37,239 bases of DNA from Candidatus Eiseniibacteriota bacterium (GTDB lineage Bacteria; Chloroflexota; Dormibacteria; Dormibacterales; Dormibacteraceae). The translations under genes and the position numbers were made by a program. Where the stretch lies: the NCBI GenBank assembly GCA_035635595.1, contig DASQAU010000009.1, forward strand, positions 1 to 37,239, in the 5' to 3' direction. Shown here in pieces: positions 1 through 10,645 of the stretch. The notes beneath the pieces are model-generated. The model saw only the letters and a program-made list of their open reading frames with translations. It had not been told where the DNA came from and searched no databases. Numbering within the stretch: the stretch's first letter is position 1; every line of letters starts with the position of its first letter.

Positions 1-944
1 CGCATGTCGTAAGGCTTGTTCGGCGATTCCGGGACGATGGTCTGGAGCTCGGGGTCCGCGCGCTCGAGATCGTCGGAGGTGGGGACGAACGGCGGCCGCT
101 CACCGTTTGAGGAGGGCAGGAAGGAGAGAAGCTTGCGGACGCCTTCCGCGCACGCCTGCTCGGTCTGGGGCAGGAAGTGAGCGACGCCTGACGTGGCGTT
201 GTGCACGTCACCGCCGCCCAGCTCATCGAACGTGACCGCCTCGCCGGTGACCACGCGGATCACCTCCGGACCGGTGATGAACATGTATCCCTGCCCCGCG
301 ACGATGAAGATGAAATCGGTGATCGCGGGCGAATAGACCGCGCCACCTGTGCACGGCCCGGCGATCACGCTGATCTGCGGGATCACTCCAGACGAGCGCA
401 CGTTGCGCAGGAAGATGTCGGCATAGCCCGCGAGGGCGACCACTCCTTCCTGAATGCGCGCGCCGCCGGAGTCGTTGATGCCGATGATGGGCACCCGGTT
501 GCGCAGCGCGAGCTCCTGGACCTTGACGATCTTCTCGGCGGTGACCTCTCCGAGCGAGCCGCCGAACACCGTCGCGTCATAGGCATAGACGGCGACTGGG
601 CGCCGGTCGATCTCTCCAAAACCTGCCACAACCCCGTCGCCCGAGATGCGCCGCTCCTCCATGCCAAACCCGTGCGCTCGATGCGCCGCGAAGACGTCGA
701 GCTCCACAAACGAGCCGTCGTCGAGCAGCATCTCGATGCGGTCGCGGGCCGTGGCCTTTCCGGCTGCGCGACGTTTGTTGGCCGCCTCGGTTTCCGCATG
801 CAAAGCCTGGTAGCGGCGCTTGCGGTACTGGTTGATCTTCTGTTCCGAAACAGTGGTTTGCGCTCGATGCGGCGCCTCCACGCTCTTGAGCGAGGGGGTG
901 GTTCTGCGGACAGGTGTGAGTGATTTGGGTCTCCGTGCAGCCAT
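1..944 (-). CDS. acyl-CoA carboxylase carboxyltransferase (beta) subunit, PccB/AccD-like; N-terminal part only, runs off the left edge
   Basis: Absent from the ORF track because it has no stop in the window. My reverse-strand translation from ATG 944 gives MAARRPKSLTPV...DRIEMLLDDGSFVELDVFAAHRAHGFGMEERRISGDGVVAGFGEIDRRPVAVYAYDATVFGGSLGEVTAEKIVKVQELALRNRVPIIGINDSGGARIQEGV...VIPQISVIAGPCTGGAVYSPAITDFIFIV. This is a typical carboxyltransferase N-domain. Confidence 0.85.
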   Translation of the reverse strand, partial: MAARRPKSLTPVRRTTPSLKSVEAPHRAQTTVSEQKINQYRKRRYQALHAETEAANKRRAAGKATARDRIEMLLDDGSFVELDVFAAHRAHGFGMEERRISGDGVVAGFGEIDRRPVAVYAYDATVFGGSLGEVTAEKIVKVQELALRNRVPIIGINDSGGARIQEGVVALAGYADIFLRNVRSSGVIPQISVIAGPCTGGAVYSPAITDFIFIVAGQGYMFITGPEVIRVVTGEAVTFDELGGGDVHNATSGVAHFLPQTEQACAEGVRKLLSFLPSSNGERPPFVPTSDDLERADPELQTIVPESPNKPYDM

Positions 945-965
945 TGCGCATATATCGTAGGCGCC
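945..965. promoter_or_regulatory. 21-nt divergent intergenic region with a shared AT-rich -10-like core (TATATCGTA); putative bidirectional leaderless promoters
   Basis: Sequence is tgcgcaTATATCGTAggcgcc. TATCGT (953-958) lies 7 nt before GTG 966. On the other strand TACGAT (complement of 954-959) lies 9 nt before ATG 944. There is no room for a Shine-Dalgarno sequence or 5'UTR on either side. Confidence 0.4.
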
Positions 966-1934
966 GTGCCCGAGTACAGCCCTCCGCTGGATCTGGACCG
1001 CTCGGTGACGCTGCGTCAATTGCGCACGTTCAAGACAGTCGCCGACCTCAAGAGCTTCAGCCTCGCGGCCCAGCAGCTGCGCCTGAGCCAGCCGTCAGTG
1101 TCGTACCAGGTCAAGGAGCTCGAGGAGGCGCTCGGTTTGCCCCTCCTGGATCGCCTCGGCAAGCGGGTCCACCTGACTGAAGCGGGGTCCGTCCTCTACT
1201 CGTACGCGCGGCGGACCCTCGACGTCCTCGACGAGGCTGGGCTGGCGCTCGAGGAGATGCGCGGCATCAAGCGTGGAAACTTGCGTGTGGGCGCGAGCAC
1301 GACCGTCGGCATCTATCTCTTGCCGGCCGCGCTAGGCGCGTTCAAGAAGCTGCATCCAGGGCTTGTCATCTCGCTCGAGATCGGGACGCGCGCCCGTGTG
1401 CAGGAGCAGGTGCTGAACAACGAGCTCGACCTTGCCGTGGTGGGCCCGGCGCTCAAGGACCCAGACCTGGCCATCCTTCCCTTTGTCAGCGATGAGCTGG
1501 TCGTCGTGGCGCCCGCCGGTCACAAATTCGCGGGCCGCCGCGGCCTTGCGCTCAAGGACCTCGAAGACCAGCCGTTCATCATGCGCGAGCCCGCGTCGGG
1601 CAGCCGGTGGTCGCTCGAAAAGGCTGCGCGCAAGGCCGGTGCAAAGCTGACCGTCGCCATGGAGCTCGGGTCCAACGGAGCGATCAAGCACGCGGTGGAA
1701 TCGGGGCTCGGCCTCGCCGTGCTCTCGCGCTACGCCTGCGCTCTGGAGCTCTCGAGCGGGCGGCTGGTTGAGCTCGACGTGAGCGGCTTCCCGATCCGTC
1801 GCGACTGGCACATCGTGCATCTCCGCCGGCGACGACTCCCGGCCTCCGTAAAGGCCTTCATCGAGTTCTTGAAGGACACGACCTGGCTCTCGCGCAACGG
1901 CGCGCCCGGTCGCCTTAGACCACCCACCGATTGA
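966..1934 (+). CDS. LysR-family transcriptional regulator
   Basis: N-terminal wHTH LRQLRTFKTVADLKSFSLAAQQLRLSQPSVSYQVKELEEALGLPLLDR plus a LysR-type substrate-binding C-terminal domain. It is divergent from the carboxyltransferase gene, the classic LysR arrangement. Confidence 0.9.
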   Translation: MPEYSPPLDLDRSVTLRQLRTFKTVADLKSFSLAAQQLRLSQPSVSYQVKELEEALGLPLLDRLGKRVHLTEAGSVLYSYARRTLDVLDEAGLALEEMRGIKRGNLRVGASTTVGIYLLPAALGAFKKLHPGLVISLEIGTRARVQEQVLNNELDLAVVGPALKDPDLAILPFVSDELVVVAPAGHKFAGRRGLALKDLEDQPFIMREPASGSRWSLEKAARKAGAKLTVAMELGSNGAIKHAVESGLGLAVLSRYACALELSSGRLVELDVSGFPIRRDWHIVHLRRRRLPASVKAFIEFLKDTTWLSRNGAPGRLRPPTD

Positions 1935-3193
1935 TCACACGTCTAGGCCGCGCTGCCGCCGACGTGCTGTCGCGGCCAGCTGTTTGGTGGGCGATCGCGG
2001 CCGCCTTCTGGCTTCGCGTCGCCATCCTCACCGTGCTGACGCCGCGGCGCCCGGACACAGAAGGCATGTGGGAGGGCGCCCATGCGTACCTGACCGAGCC
2101 ATCCCACATGTACGACGCTGCGGCGGATTACCTGAGCCGCTTGCACATCATCGCCCCGCCCGGCGGGCTCGACGCATTTGTCAGTCCTCCGCCCCTTGCG
2201 CTGCTCGCAGCCCCGATCGCGCTGCTGCCGAAGAACGTCGGTGTCGAGGTCTGGACGGGCATCGATGCGGCCGCGCTGCTGGTCGGGCTGGTGCTCCTGT
2301 ACCGGGTCGTCGCCACCAGACACCCAATCGCGAGGCCGGTTTTCTGGTTGGTGGCAGCTTACTTTCCGCCTCTGTTCGCAGACGTCAGCGCGGGGCAGCG
2401 GGGTGGCGTCCTGCTGCTGGGTGCGATGGCCTCGATCTGGCTCGAGACGGTGTCCCGGCCGGCGCTGGCCGGCGCGGCCGCCGGGTTGGTCGCAGCTCTC
2501 AAGTACTTCCCGGCCGCGATGGTCATCGGACCCCGACCCGAACATCGGATTCGATATGCCGTCGCGCTCGCAATCGTGTTGGTCGTGGTCACCGCCGTGA
2601 GCTGCGTGCCCCTCGGCGTCGGCGGCACCACCTTCTATTTCCAGCATGTGCTTTTGCCATCGCTTGCCTCGCATAACCCTGACTGCGCCTATGACTCGGT
2701 TCGCACGCTGTTCATGCGCACGATCGGTGGGGAGGAGTACGCGCAGCCTTCCGGTTCGGGTTACGTGCTGGTCACGTCGCCCCTGCACCTGCCGGCACTT
2801 GCGCTGGCGCTCTCATATTTGAGCGCGCTCGCCTTTGCCGCCGCCGCCGCGTGGGGCGCCTGGCGCAGTGGATGGAATCCCGCATACGGCATGTCGCTCG
2901 GTTTTGCTCTCGGCGCGCTCATCCCCAACGAGGTCTGGCCATACCAATGGCTCCCACTCCTGCCGCTGATCCTCCTGGTCGTGGTCCGCGGCGTCGAGCG
3001 GCGCAAAGTCGGCGCGCTCGTTTTGCTTGGCGTCTTCTTGCTCGCGTTCTTCCGGCAGCCGTGCGAGCTCTTCTTTCCCAACCTCTGGACGCTCGCCGCG
3101 ATCGGCGTTTTCATCCTGGGCGTGTGGCAGAATCCGCTTTTCCGGTCGGGGTCTTTAGATTCGAGGGAGGAAGGGGATGGCGCTCAACGCTGA
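1931..3193 (+). CDS. polytopic membrane protein, GT-C glycosyltransferase-like (GT87/DUF2029-like)
   Basis: 420-aa ORF with many hydrophobic segments. The GQRGGVLLLG...AGLVAALKYFP segment resembles the DUF2029/PimE-type region. It overlaps the lysR stop by 4 nt. The family call is from memory only. Confidence 0.5.
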   Translation: MITRLGRAAADVLSRPAVWWAIAAAFWLRVAILTVLTPRRPDTEGMWEGAHAYLTEPSHMYDAAADYLSRLHIIAPPGGLDAFVSPPPLALLAAPIALLPKNVGVEVWTGIDAAALLVGLVLLYRVVATRHPIARPVFWLVAAYFPPLFADVSAGQRGGVLLLGAMASIWLETVSRPALAGAAAGLVAALKYFPAAMVIGPRPEHRIRYAVALAIVLVVVTAVSCVPLGVGGTTFYFQHVLLPSLASHNPDCAYDSVRTLFMRTIGGEEYAQPSGSGYVLVTSPLHLPALALALSYLSALAFAAAAAWGAWRSGWNPAYGMSLGFALGALIPNEVWPYQWLPLLPLILLVVVRGVERRKVGALVLLGVFLLAFFRQPCELFFPNLWTLAAIGVFILGVWQNPLFRSGSLDSREEGDGAQR

Positions 3194-3887
3194 GGTCAGC
3201 TTCACCTGGGTCGGCCACGGGACCTGGAAGGTCCGCAGCGCCAAGGGCAAAGACGTCTACATCGACCCGTGGGTCATGAACAACCCCGTGGCGCCCGAAG
3301 CCCTTAAGAAGGTGGACCGCTGCGACCTCATGCTGATCACGCACGGGCACTTCGATCACGTTTTCGACGCGCTCGAGATCGCCAGGGCGACCAAGCCGAA
3401 GATCGTGAGCAATTTCGAGATCAGCGCGTGGCTTGGGTCGAATGGGATCCCGGCGGAGAACATCATCGGCGCGAACCAGGGCGGCACAGTCGATGTCGAC
3501 GGCATCAAGACGACGCTCGTTCATGCCGAGCACAGCTGCGGCATCACTGTTGGAAGCCAGATCGTCTACGGCGGCGAGGCATGCGGCCTGGTCATCGAGT
3601 TCGAAAACGGTTTCACCATCTACTTCGCGGGCGACACCGACGTGTTCGGCGACATGGCCCTCATCGCTGAGCTGAGCGAGTTCGACGTCGCGTTCCTGCC
3701 GATCGGCGACTTTTACACGATGGGCCCGGACAGGGCGGCCAAAGCTGTCTCGCTCCTTGGAGTCAAGACGGTCGTGCCGATGCACTTCGGCACATTTCCG
3801 CCCCTGGTCGGCCGGCCGAAAGCGCTTCAGGATCTCGTCGGGCCGGGAGTGAAGGTGCTCGACATCAAACCCGGAGACACCGTCTGA
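3177..3887 (+). CDS. MBL-fold metal-dependent hydrolase (UPF0173/YtkL-like)
   Basis: HxHxDH motif LITHGHFDH, and later HAEHSCG and DTDVFGDM. A strong SD (gggaggaagggg) lies immediately upstream of ATG 3177. Confidence 0.8.
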   Translation: MALNAEVSFTWVGHGTWKVRSAKGKDVYIDPWVMNNPVAPEALKKVDRCDLMLITHGHFDHVFDALEIARATKPKIVSNFEISAWLGSNGIPAENIIGANQGGTVDVDGIKTTLVHAEHSCGITVGSQIVYGGEACGLVIEFENGFTIYFAGDTDVFGDMALIAELSEFDVAFLPIGDFYTMGPDRAAKAVSLLGVKTVVPMHFGTFPPLVGRPKALQDLVGPGVKVLDIKPGDTV

Positions 3888-3903
3888 GCGTTAGCTGCTC
3901 GAC

Positions 3904-5193
3904 ATGAGAGACATCATCGGGGCGCCGGCGACGTGGCTCGCGCGCGCCATCCGGACCAAGAAGGTCTCGTCACTCGAAGTGGTGCGTGCACACCTGGAAC
4001 ACATCCACACCGTGAACCCCCGGCTGAATGCGGTGGTGTTTGCCACCGCCGAGAGCGCGCTGAAGCAGGCGCGCGCCGCCGACCGGCGGAACACCCGCAA
4101 GAACGCCCCAGGACCACTGCACGGCGTTCCCTTCACCGCCAAGGACATCTTCGACACGGCGGGCCTTCCGACCACCGCCGGGTTGCGCATGCTGCGGAGC
4201 AACATCCCCGACCGCGACGCCACGGTGATCGCGCGCATGCGGGCGGCCGGCGCGATCCTCATCGGAAAGACGAACTGCCCGCCCGGAGGCACCGGCGGAG
4301 ACAGCTGGAACCCTCTCCACGGTGGGACTCGAAATCCGTACGACATCGCGCGCTCACCCGGGGCGAGCAGCAGCGGAGAGGCCGCGATCATCGCCGCCGG
4401 CGGGTCGCCGCTCGGGATCGGCAGTGACTCGGGAGGCAGCATTCGCATGCCCGCGCACTACTGCGGCATCGCTGCGCTCAAGCCGACGACCGGCCTCGTT
4501 CCAGGCACCGGCGCCTACGGGCTCGTCGGCGGGCTCACGGACCCCCGCAGCCAGGTCGGGCCGATGGCGCGCTTCGTGGCCGACCTCGCCCTGGTCCTGC
4601 CCCTCCTGGTAGGGCCGGACGGGATCGACTCAGGGGTGGTGCCGGTGCCCCTGGCGAAGCGGACGGCCAAGCTCAAAGACCTCAAGGTGGCCTGGTACGC
4701 CGACGATGGGATGGCCAAGCCGACCCACGCGATTGCGGTCGTGGTGCGGTCGGCTGTTCGCGCTCTCGCCGACGCCGGCTGCGCCGTGACCGAGGCCAGG
4801 CCGCCGGGCCTGCATGAGGCTCACCAGGTCACGCTCGGCTACTGGGGAGACAAGCGGATGAGCCACGAGCGGCTTTTCAAGCGGTGGGACGCGTTCCGGA
4901 GCGGAATGCTCGGCTTCATGTCCGATTTCGATCTCATCATCAGCCCCGTCGGGCCCGACATCGCGCCGCCCTATCGAGCCAAGATCGTCCCGGCCCACCT
5001 GTTCAGCTACACCATCCCGTACAGCCTTTCCGGCAACCCTTGTGTGGTGGTCCGGGCCGGCACCTCTCCGGAAGGCCTTCCGATCGGTGTGCAGGTCGTG
5101 GCCCGCAACTGGCACGACGACGTTGCGCTCCGCGCGGCACATTCCATCGAACGGGCTCTGGGCGGCTGGCGGCCTGCTAGCGTGGTCGGGTGA
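3904..5193 (+). CDS. amidase-signature (AS) family amidase, GatA-like
   Basis: GVPFTAKDIF (catalytic Lys region), PGASSSGEAAIIAAGGSPLGIGSDSGGSIRMPA (Gly/Ser-rich AS signature with the Ser-cisSer pair). Confidence 0.85.
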   Translation: MRDIIGAPATWLARAIRTKKVSSLEVVRAHLEHIHTVNPRLNAVVFATAESALKQARAADRRNTRKNAPGPLHGVPFTAKDIFDTAGLPTTAGLRMLRSNIPDRDATVIARMRAAGAILIGKTNCPPGGTGGDSWNPLHGGTRNPYDIARSPGASSSGEAAIIAAGGSPLGIGSDSGGSIRMPAHYCGIAALKPTTGLVPGTGAYGLVGGLTDPRSQVGPMARFVADLALVLPLLVGPDGIDSGVVPVPLAKRTAKLKDLKVAWYADDGMAKPTHAIAVVVRSAVRALADAGCAVTEARPPGLHEAHQVTLGYWGDKRMSHERLFKRWDAFRSGMLGFMSDFDLIISPVGPDIAPPYRAKIVPAHLFSYTIPYSLSGNPCVVVRAGTSPEGLPIGVQVVARNWHDDVALRAAHSIERALGGWRPASVVG

Positions 5194-7175
5194 AGTTCCG
5201 GTACTCCCGATGGGACGGCACCCAGAAGCTGGACGACCTCGACGCCGGAGACGTTCTCGATGCGCTGTCCGACGACCTGATGAACTACGGCGACCTGAAC
5301 GCCGCCCTGCAGCGGCTGCTGCGCTGGGGCACGCCCAACATGCCCGGTCTTGAGCAGCTGCTCAAGCAGCTGCGCGAAGCGCGTGAGCGAGAGCTAGGCC
5401 GCTACAACCTCGACTCCACGATCGATCAGCTGCGCCGGCAGGTGCAGGAGGTGATCGACACCGAGAAGGCCGGGATCGACAGGCGCTTGAACGAATCGCA
5501 GACGCCCGAGGCGAAAAAGCTGATGGAGCGGATCGCCCGCCAGCGCAACGACCAGCTGGACAGGCTGCCCGACGATCTCGGCGGCCAGGTGAAGGGTCTT
5601 CGCGACTACGAATTCGTCGACGACGAGGCGCGCCAGAAGTTCGAGGAGCTCATGCAGCAGCTGCAGAAGCAGATGGTCGACCAGATGTTCCAGGGCATGA
5701 AGGGCTCCATCCAGCAGATGCAGGGCCAGGACCTCTCCCGCGTCCGCGATATGGTCCGCGAGCTGAACACGATGCTGGAGCAGCGCATGGAGGGCCGCAC
5801 GCCCGACTTCAACGGCTTCATGGAGCGGTTCGGCGACATGTTCCCGCCCGGCATCAACAGCCTCGACGAGCTGCTCGAACACCTGCAGCGCCAGATGGCC
5901 CAGATGCAATCGCTCCTCCAGAGCATGAGCCCCGAAGCCCGCGAGGAGTTGCGTCAGATGATGGACGCGCTGCTGCAGGACGACTCGCTGCGGCTGGAGC
6001 TGGCGCGGTTGTCCGGATTCATGCAGGCGATGATGCCGCCGTCAGAGCTGAGCGAACGCTACCCCTTCTTCGGCGAGGATCCGCTCTCGATGGGTGAGGC
6101 GATGGGCCTGATGGAGCGCCTCCAGCAGATGGACCGGCTGGAGTCGCAGCTCGAGCGCGGAAGCTTCCGTCCCGACGACGTCGACCGCTCGCTGGCGCAG
6201 CAGCTGCTGGGCAACGACGCGCGACAGGCGCTCGACCAGCTGCGCAAGCTGACCGAGGTGCTCGAGAAGGCCGGCTATGTCGAGCGAAAGGGCCGCCGCA
6301 TGGAGCTCACGCCCCGCGGCATGAGGCGCATCGGACAGTCGGCGCTGCGCGACATCTTCGACCAGCTCAAGAAGACGCGCATGGGCCAGCACCAGCTGTG
6401 GCGAGGCGGGATCGGCAACGACGCGTCGGATGAGATCAAGGACTATGAATACGGTGACCCCTTCCTGCTCGACCTGAAGGAGACTCTCTTCAACTCGCTG
6501 GTCCGTGAGGGTCCGAAGGTGCCGGTGAAGATGGCCGCCGATGACTTCGTTGTTCACCGCACGGAGCACGTGACCCAGGCGTCGACCGTGTTGATGATCG
6601 ATATGAGCCGCTCGATGTTTCTACGCGGATGCTTTCTCGCCGCGAAGAAGGTGGCCATCGCGCTTGACTCTCTCATCAGGAGCCAGTACCCGCGCGACTC
6701 CCTTTACGTCGTCGGGTTCTCGAACTACGCGGTGGAGCTCAAGCCGCAGACCCTTCCGCAGCTGGCGCTGAACGATTACGTGTATGGGACCAACATGCAG
6801 CACGGGTTTCAGCTCGCGCGTTCGCTCCTCGCGAAGCATCGCGGCAACCGCCAGATCATCATGATCACCGACGGCGAGCCCACCGCCCACATCGCGGAAA
6901 ACGGGAAGGCTCAGTTCAATTATCCGCCGACCTTCGAGACCATCCAGCAGACGCTGAAAGAGGTCAAGCGGTGCACGCGGGACAGGGTTGTCATCAACAC
7001 CTTCATGCTCGAGCGGGGCCCATACCTGACCGAGTTCATCAACCAGATGACTCGCATCAACAAGGGGCGGGCCTTCTTCGTGTCGCCGGACCGGCTCGGC
7101 GAGTACATCCTGGTCGACTACGTGAGCGGTAAGCAGCGCCGGCGGGCCAGCAACCGCCGCGCCCGAATCGCCTGA
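5190..7175 (+). CDS. large VWA-domain protein (COG4867-like, C-terminal von Willebrand A domain with MIDAS)
   Basis: C-terminal VLMIDMSRSM (DxSxS), GTNMQHG and IIMITDGEPTAH form a MIDAS. The N-terminus is conserved-looking (MKFRYSRWDGTQKLDD) and the middle is long and Q/M/E-rich with coiled-coil character. The GTG start overlaps the amidase stop (GTGA). Confidence 0.75.
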   Translation: MKFRYSRWDGTQKLDDLDAGDVLDALSDDLMNYGDLNAALQRLLRWGTPNMPGLEQLLKQLREARERELGRYNLDSTIDQLRRQVQEVIDTEKAGIDRRLNESQTPEAKKLMERIARQRNDQLDRLPDDLGGQVKGLRDYEFVDDEARQKFEELMQQLQKQMVDQMFQGMKGSIQQMQGQDLSRVRDMVRELNTMLEQRMEGRTPDFNGFMERFGDMFPPGINSLDELLEHLQRQMAQMQSLLQSMSPEAREELRQMMDALLQDDSLRLELARLSGFMQAMMPPSELSERYPFFGEDPLSMGEAMGLMERLQQMDRLESQLERGSFRPDDVDRSLAQQLLGNDARQALDQLRKLTEVLEKAGYVERKGRRMELTPRGMRRIGQSALRDIFDQLKKTRMGQHQLWRGGIGNDASDEIKDYEYGDPFLLDLKETLFNSLVREGPKVPVKMAADDFVVHRTEHVTQASTVLMIDMSRSMFLRGCFLAAKKVAIALDSLIRSQYPRDSLYVVGFSNYAVELKPQTLPQLALNDYVYGTNMQHGFQLARSLLAKHRGNRQIIMITDGEPTAHIAENGKAQFNYPPTFETIQQTLKEVKRCTRDRVVINTFMLERGPYLTEFINQMTRINKGRAFFVSPDRLGEYILVDYVSGKQRRRASNRRARIA

Positions 7176-7217
7176 AGACCGCCCGCTTGCGGTTGGCGAT
7201 CCCGGGACCTCCTTGCT

Positions 7218-7223
7218 TATGAT
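7218..7223 (+). promoter_or_regulatory. -10-like hexamer TATGAT, 6 nt upstream of the pckA GTG (putative leaderless promoter)
   Basis: cttATGAT context: TATGAT-cggaaa-GTG. No SD is possible in the 6-nt gap. Confidence 0.35.
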
Positions 7224-7229
7224 CGGAAA

Positions 7230-8798
<1,569 letters not shown>

Positions 8799-8810
8799 GC
8801 TCACCGGACG

Positions 8811-9191
8811 ATGCGGGTGGCGATTGTCGGGAGCCGGCGCTTCTCCGAACCTTCTCGGGTGATCGACTATGTGAACGCCTTACCGCCGCGAGCTTCCATC
8901 ATCACGGGCAGCGCGAGCGGAGTGGATGCGGCCGCGACGAAGGCTGCACGAGCGAAGGGGATTGCAGTCCAGGTGATACCGGCGAGCTTCGACGAGCTGG
9001 CTGACGCCGGGCGGGCGGCCGCGCGCAACCAGCGGCTGGTCGACGCATGCGATGTGCTGGTCGCTTTCTGGGATGGAAGCTCCAAGGGGACGCGCGCCAC
9101 GGTGGAGCGAGCCCTCGACTCTGGCAAGGAGGTCCACGTCTTTATTAGCGGGGGAGGCGGGCCTCCCACGCTGGCCCCATCCGAGCAGTAG
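8811..9191 (+). CDS. small SLOG/DprA-like Rossmann protein (DUF2493/YspA-like)
   Basis: VAIVGSRRF, IITGSASGVDAAA and VLVAFWDGSSKGT reproduce the GSR...G.A.G.D...SxGT pattern of DprA/SLOG-superfamily domains. It starts 12 nt after the pckA stop. Confidence 0.55.
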   Translation: MRVAIVGSRRFSEPSRVIDYVNALPPRASIITGSASGVDAAATKAARAKGIAVQVIPASFDELADAGRAAARNQRLVDACDVLVAFWDGSSKGTRATVERALDSGKEVHVFISGGGGPPTLAPSEQ

Positions 9192-9296
9192 GGCGGCTGG
9201 CGAAGCAAGCGCCGCGTCTGGCTGCCAAAAGTGGACGAGTTGGGACGGCCGAGATGAACTCGGCCTGGGCGCCGAGTCTGTATATAGGATGATGGT

Positions 9297-10004
9297 GTGC
9301 CGGTGGCGATCGCCGTCCACGTGCGGTTGTTTGCCAGGCTTCGCGAGCAGGCCGGGACGGAGACCGAGAAGCTCGAGCTTCCCGCGGGGTCAACGCTGGC
9401 CGAGGTGTACGCCGCGCTCCGGCGACAGCACCCGGCCCTGGAGACGGACCGCAAGGCGGTGCGCGCCGCGCTCAACCAGGAGTTCAAGGACTGGAGCACG
9501 GCGGTGGCCGACGGGGACGAGGTGGCCTTCATCCCTCCGGTGAGCGGCGGAGCTCACGGCGTTGGTGTCCTGTTCGAGCTCACGCCGGACCCGCTCGACG
9601 CTCGGCGTCTCGAGGCCGCGGTCTCACATAAGGGAGCCGGCGCAATCTGCACCTTCACCGGGGTCGTCCGCGACAACTCGCGCGGCCGCTCCGTCACCCA
9701 TCTGGACTACGAGGCGTACGCGGAGATGGCCGTAGCCCAGATGCGCAAGATCGGCGACGAGATCGCCGAGAAATGGCCGGAGGCCCGCGTCGCGATTGCC
9801 CACCGGACCGGCCAGCTCGAGATCGGCGAGGCGTCGGTCGTCGTTTCCGTATCGTGCCCACACCGCGGGGAGGCGATCGCCGCGTGCAAATGGGGGATCG
9901 ACCGCCTCAAGGAGTCGGTGCCCATCTGGAAGAAGGAGCACGCCGCCGACGGCACGTACTGGATCGAAGGTGAGGAGGCTAAGCCGAGCTCCGGCCCGGT
10001 CTAG
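9297..10004 (+). CDS. fused molybdopterin synthase MoaD-MoaE (MoaX-like)
   Basis: The N-terminal approx 85 aa form a ThiS/MoaD fold ending in FIPPVSGG. They run directly into MoaE-type sequence (ICTFTGVVRDNSRGRSVTHLDYEAYAEMA...VPIWKKEH). An alternative in-frame GTG lies at 9303. Confidence 0.85.
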   Translation: MPVAIAVHVRLFARLREQAGTETEKLELPAGSTLAEVYAALRRQHPALETDRKAVRAALNQEFKDWSTAVADGDEVAFIPPVSGGAHGVGVLFELTPDPLDARRLEAAVSHKGAGAICTFTGVVRDNSRGRSVTHLDYEAYAEMAVAQMRKIGDEIAEKWPEARVAIAHRTGQLEIGEASVVVSVSCPHRGEAIAACKWGIDRLKESVPIWKKEHAADGTYWIEGEEAKPSSGPV

Positions 10005-10645
10005 TCTTTGAGCCTCGCGACGGAGAGGCCGTCGCGGATCGGGATCACGACGCTGTCCAGGCGCGGGTGCTTCGCCACCAGCTTGTTGTAGTGGGCCACA
10101 TTCCGGGCCTGCTGGTTTTTTGGCCGCACGACCTCGCCCTGGCGCAGAGCGTTGTCCGCCATCAGCAGCGCTCGGGGTTCCAACCGTTCCAGGCACAGCT
10201 CGAATGCCCGTTCCGTCATCTCCTCGGACGGAAAGACGTTGAGGAGGTCGATGAAGCACGCGTCGAAACGTTGATTCAGCTTCTCCAACCCGCCGACGGC
10301 GTCCTGCTCCAGGACCGTCGCCTGCTTTCCGAGGCCCGCCTCGGAGAAGTTGGCCCGCGCCCGCTGGGCTCGCTGGTGGTCGACCTCGAACGTGGTCAGC
10401 GCACCGCCGTCGGTGCCTCGCAGCAGCCAGATTCCGCTATAGCCGGTGGCCGTGCCCAGCTCGAGCACGCGCTTGGCGCCGGCGATCTTGACGAGCAGGC
10501 TGAGCAGCGCTCCCTCGTGGGCGTCGACGATGGGGATGTTTTCGCGATGCGCCTCTTCCTCGATCCGCGTCAGCACCGGATCGCGCGGGGGCACGAGGCC
10601 GTCCATGTATGCCTGCAGCTCGTCGGTGACCTCCACCGTTCTCAT
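10001..10645 (-). CDS. class I SAM-dependent O-methyltransferase (family 3, YrrM/caffeoyl-CoA OMT-like)
   Basis: VLELGTATGYSGIWL (motif I), FEVD, CFID, LMADNAL. Confidence 0.8.
   Translation of the reverse strand: MRTVEVTDELQAYMDGLVPPRDPVLTRIEEEAHRENIPIVDAHEGALLSLLVKIAGAKRVLELGTATGYSGIWLLRGTDGGALTTFEVDHQRAQRARANFSEAGLGKQATVLEQDAVGGLEKLNQRFDACFIDLLNVFPSEEMTERAFELCLERLEPRALLMADNALRQGEVVRPKNQQARNVAHYNKLVAKHPRLDSVVIPIRDGLSVARLKD

Noticed and set aside
1943-2788. Long alternative-frame and antisense ORFs throughout the track: 201..923+, 1943..2788-, 6621..7616-, 8163..8804-, 12818..13465-, 14062..15165-, 20028..21149+, 21069..21983-, 22338..23330-, 26394..27266-, 30431..31546+, 35836..36465-, 36648..37220+
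   Set aside because: All are Arg/Pro/Gly/Ala-rich with no recognisable motifs. Each lies over a frame that carries clear family signatures. This is the expected artefact of stop-codon-poor high-GC DNA.
9192-9296. Molybdenum-cofactor riboswitch upstream of moaD-moaE
   Set aside because: Only a short hairpin (GGCCGAG...CTCGGCC) and a TATATA box are visible. I could not recognise the conserved Moco-motif cores, and the region is shorter than the typical aptamer. A covariance-model scan is needed to exclude it fully.
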